A stretch of DNA of 64,000 nucleotides, from positions 9,114,001 through 9,178,000 of the forward strand of contig CM022677.1 in the NCBI GenBank assembly GCA_012295275.1. The letters run 5' to 3'. Shown here piece after piece: positions 61,096 through 64,000 of this stretch. Numbering within the stretch: position 1 is the stretch's first letter; each line of letters opens with the position of its first letter. The notes under the pieces are model-generated. The model did no database searches. It was not told the origin of the DNA and worked only from the letters and a program-made list of their open reading frames with translations. The position numbers and the translations under genes were made by a program. This DNA is from Chrysomallon squamiferum (Eukaryota; Animalia; Mollusca).

Positions 61096-61674
61096 TCAGG
61101 GACCAGTTATTATATTTTCCATATGACATTTTTTTTCTAATTTTTCTTTTTTCTTTCTGTTACAGGATTTGTAAGAAAGAGTTATGTCCCTTGATATAAA
61201 CGGCGCTTTAAATATTTGAACTTTATGTACTAGTGGTATAAATCTATACGTATAAAAAATACAATCAGAAGATAATTACCATTAATAAAGTTATAATTTT
61301 AAACATTTTAAGAAAAACAAATAATAATAATAATTTCTAAAATTATAAAATAAATTAATTAAGGTGTTCTGGACTGAAATAGTCAATATATGTTGATGTG
61401 TGACTGTGTGTGTGTGCGTGTTTGCGTGTGTAAAAGTATGTGACTATCTATCTGTAAATACACACACAGATAGATTTGCGCGTTTGAGAGGAGTTTGCGT
61501 GCGAACGTAAGTATGCATGTACATATGCTAAAATTACAAAATGAAAAGTGAAGAACGAAATTGTAATACAACATATTAAGACGTTCTCATTCAAGTTTAT
61601 TTTAATAAAAAAATAATAATTTGAATTATATCTTCATTTTGTTGTGGTCGAATAATAACAACAACAACAACAAT

Positions 61675-61769
61675 AATAAATGTAATTATAATAATACAAA
61701 TAATAACAAATGTAATTATAATAATACAAATAATAATAAATGTAATTATAATAATACAAATAATAATAA

Positions 61770-61770
<1 letters not shown>
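61675..61770. repeat. 30-nt tandem repeat, 3 copies, merging into (AAT)n
   Basis: tgtaattataataatacaaataataa(c/t)aaa at 61681, 61711 and 61741. Confidence 0.85.
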
Positions 61771-61815
<45 letters not shown>

Positions 61816-63424
61816 TTAAATATATTCTGTACGTATCTCAGAATATATATATAAAATAATTTTCCCTGAAATGGCAACTACTTTAATGAAAACAAAAATG
61901 TTTTTTATAATTTTTTTGTGGACCTGTTAATATACCTATAATACTAATATAATTTTGTAGTGTATAGTTTCGTTTGCAGATATTTTAGCGATACTATATC
62001 TGAATAGTTATTATCTAAATGCACATATTATAATTTATATATTTAGCGTTTTGTATGTTACCAAACTACCGTTTTGTTTTCAAATACGGACAATAAATTT
62101 TATTAGTAGAATTATATGGTACTCTGTCTGACTGACTGATTAATTGATTGATTGATTGAAATATTACCTTTCAAACCTGTTCTCTACCAGATCCTACATT
62201 TAATAATTTTATTATTATTATTATTTAATTTGTATGTATTTTCCTATACAAAAATCAATATAAAATATCGTTGTTCAAGTCTTCTTCGTTTAATTGTACA
62301 CTTATTAAAATTGTGAGAAAGTTTATTTTATATCGATATAGATAAAACAACAACAATAATAATAATAAAATTTATAATGACAAATAGTTAAAAAAATTAA
62401 AATAAAACAGTGATAAAGAAAAGAATCGTCAGTTTTGATTCTTGACACACACACACACTGAGGCATTAATATGTGTACGTTTATACCTATCTACCTAAGT
62501 ACACACATTATACACACAAATAAACAAAACATGCATACATATATATTAGAATTTAAGTGTGTTTGTGTGTCAGTTTATCTCTGTTTGTAATCTCTGGGTA
62601 TACTATCGCGAAATTTACAAACGATACATTAACTTTGTTGTATCGATATATATATATCGACTGTTACAATTAATTAAAACATTTTCTTTTTTTTTGACCA
62701 ATAATTATAATAAAACAGAGAGTTCTGGATGAACTGCACTTTGCTGTTATCAGTTAAAAACAACAACAACAAAAACAAAACAAAACAATTAAAGACAACA
62801 TGTACCGTTAGTTTTATGGTTTATACAAACTCCCTTTGTGTCACGCGCGCACTCTCACGTACACACGCACATACATATTCACACATACACAGACACATCG
62901 TATAAAAAGTTTATTAAAGAAAAAGAGTGTTTTTCTGTTTATTGATTTTATTTGATTTATGTGATTAAATAAACAAGTTAATATTAATTACTATAAATCT
63001 GATAAAAGATACAAATAATAAATTTCTCCGATGCTGGAGATACATAAACTGGATATAGGCCTACATACTGCATGCTGGAAAGTGAAAAGTAGTAAATAAC
63101 GTCCCCCTGCATAACACACCCACAGACATCATCGATCATAAATAACAACAGTAATATACAAACAACATTAACTTATGATAATAGTCATGACATCGTAAAA
63201 AAAAAAAAAAAAAAAAATCCCACGGCATGCAAGTGCGCACCGTTTGGTTTATCATTAAAAGGTGAAAGAAAAAAATGCTTTATAAAATATATTTTCATTA
63301 TTTGTTATCGGAAATAACTATATTTATCTTAATGGTGTCTGCTAGCAATCAGCAAATAATGCTTAATGGAAAGCTAAAGCAATTAACCGTTATTAACGGA
63401 TCAATGATTATCTAACAGTTTCGA

Positions 63425-63480
63425 CCGGAAGAAAATTAACACTTGTCAGATAACAAGTAGTATGCTTTTCGCGCATGCGC
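63425..63480 (+). promoter_or_regulatory. Housekeeping-type promoter elements: ETS CCGGAAG and NRF1 palindrome GCGCATGCGC
   Basis: CCGGAAG at 63425-63431 and GCGCATGCGC at 63471-63480, about 90 nt upstream of ATG 63571. Confidence 0.6.
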
Positions 63481-63570
63481 CGAAAAACAAAATACCATTT
63501 ACACAAATCCAAAATGTCGACATGTGCTTTGTTTAGGGTTTATGTCAAACAAAAATTCTCCTGATCTAGT

Positions 63571-63821
63571 ATGTATCAGGCTTTTTCAGAAGACCAAGAG
63601 CTGAATAACGATGTAGAGAATAATAATCAAAGAGCATGGACGAAAGACGGACTTGCAGACGGGCCGGCTGATCCGAATGACGAAAAGGGCCCGACCAATG
63701 TTTACAATGGGGAAACGACTGCAGACGGAGTTTTTGCGGGAAAAGACACAAAACAAACTTTGCCTCCATCAAACGAATCTCGTTTCAGTCATATCAAAGA
63801 TGGTCTTGAAACATCTGTCAG
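63571..63821 (+). CDS. First coding exon of an unidentified gene that continues beyond the window (acidic, likely disordered N-terminus)
   Basis: Non-repetitive GC-richer ORF MYQAFSEDQELNNDVENNNQRAWTKDG...ETSVR, ending at donor AG|GTGCGT (63822). Promoter motifs lie upstream. No family recognised. Confidence 0.7.
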
Positions 63822-64000
63822 GTGCGTGGTTATTTTCTAGAAGTGTTTGTTGATGATTCATTATGCATCATAGCTGAGGTTTTTTCTTGGTGTTTTTTAT
63901 AATTTTTATTTTTTATTTTTTGGTACCTAATGTTAAATGTATATAGCATACCATTGTTATTTCTGAACAAGATTTATTTACCTTCGGTTTAACAGCCGAT

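Overview
This is AT-rich, microsatellite-dense eukaryotic (animal) genomic DNA. It is probably lophotrochozoan/molluscan, but that is inference only. Most ORFs in the six-frame track are simple-repeat artefacts. Spliced genes rebuilt by hand from GT-AG junctions: (1) a 12-exon Atos/FAM214 homolog on the minus strand (2288-28312, ~930 aa, 17 kb first intron); (2) two tandem 3-exon HINT1-like genes on the plus strand (29937-30908 diverged, 32143-34966 canonical); (3) a 12-exon TEX9 on the minus strand (36410-42734, ~392 aa); (4) a C2H2 zinc-finger gene on the minus strand (56406-58354); (5) the first exon of an unidentified plus-strand gene (63571-63821). The top lead is the zinc-finger gene: its C-terminal Ikaros/Hunchback-type finger pair lies in the -1 frame relative to the six N-terminal fingers. 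A -1 ribosomal frameshift, a 62-nt exitron or a homopolymer assembly error could each explain this. Other leads are intronic tandem arrays apparently seeded from splice junctions, a possible HORMA-like N-terminus plus a CLEAR box in Atos, and a divergent HINT paralog. No tRNA, rRNA, CRISPR array or coding transposon was recognised.
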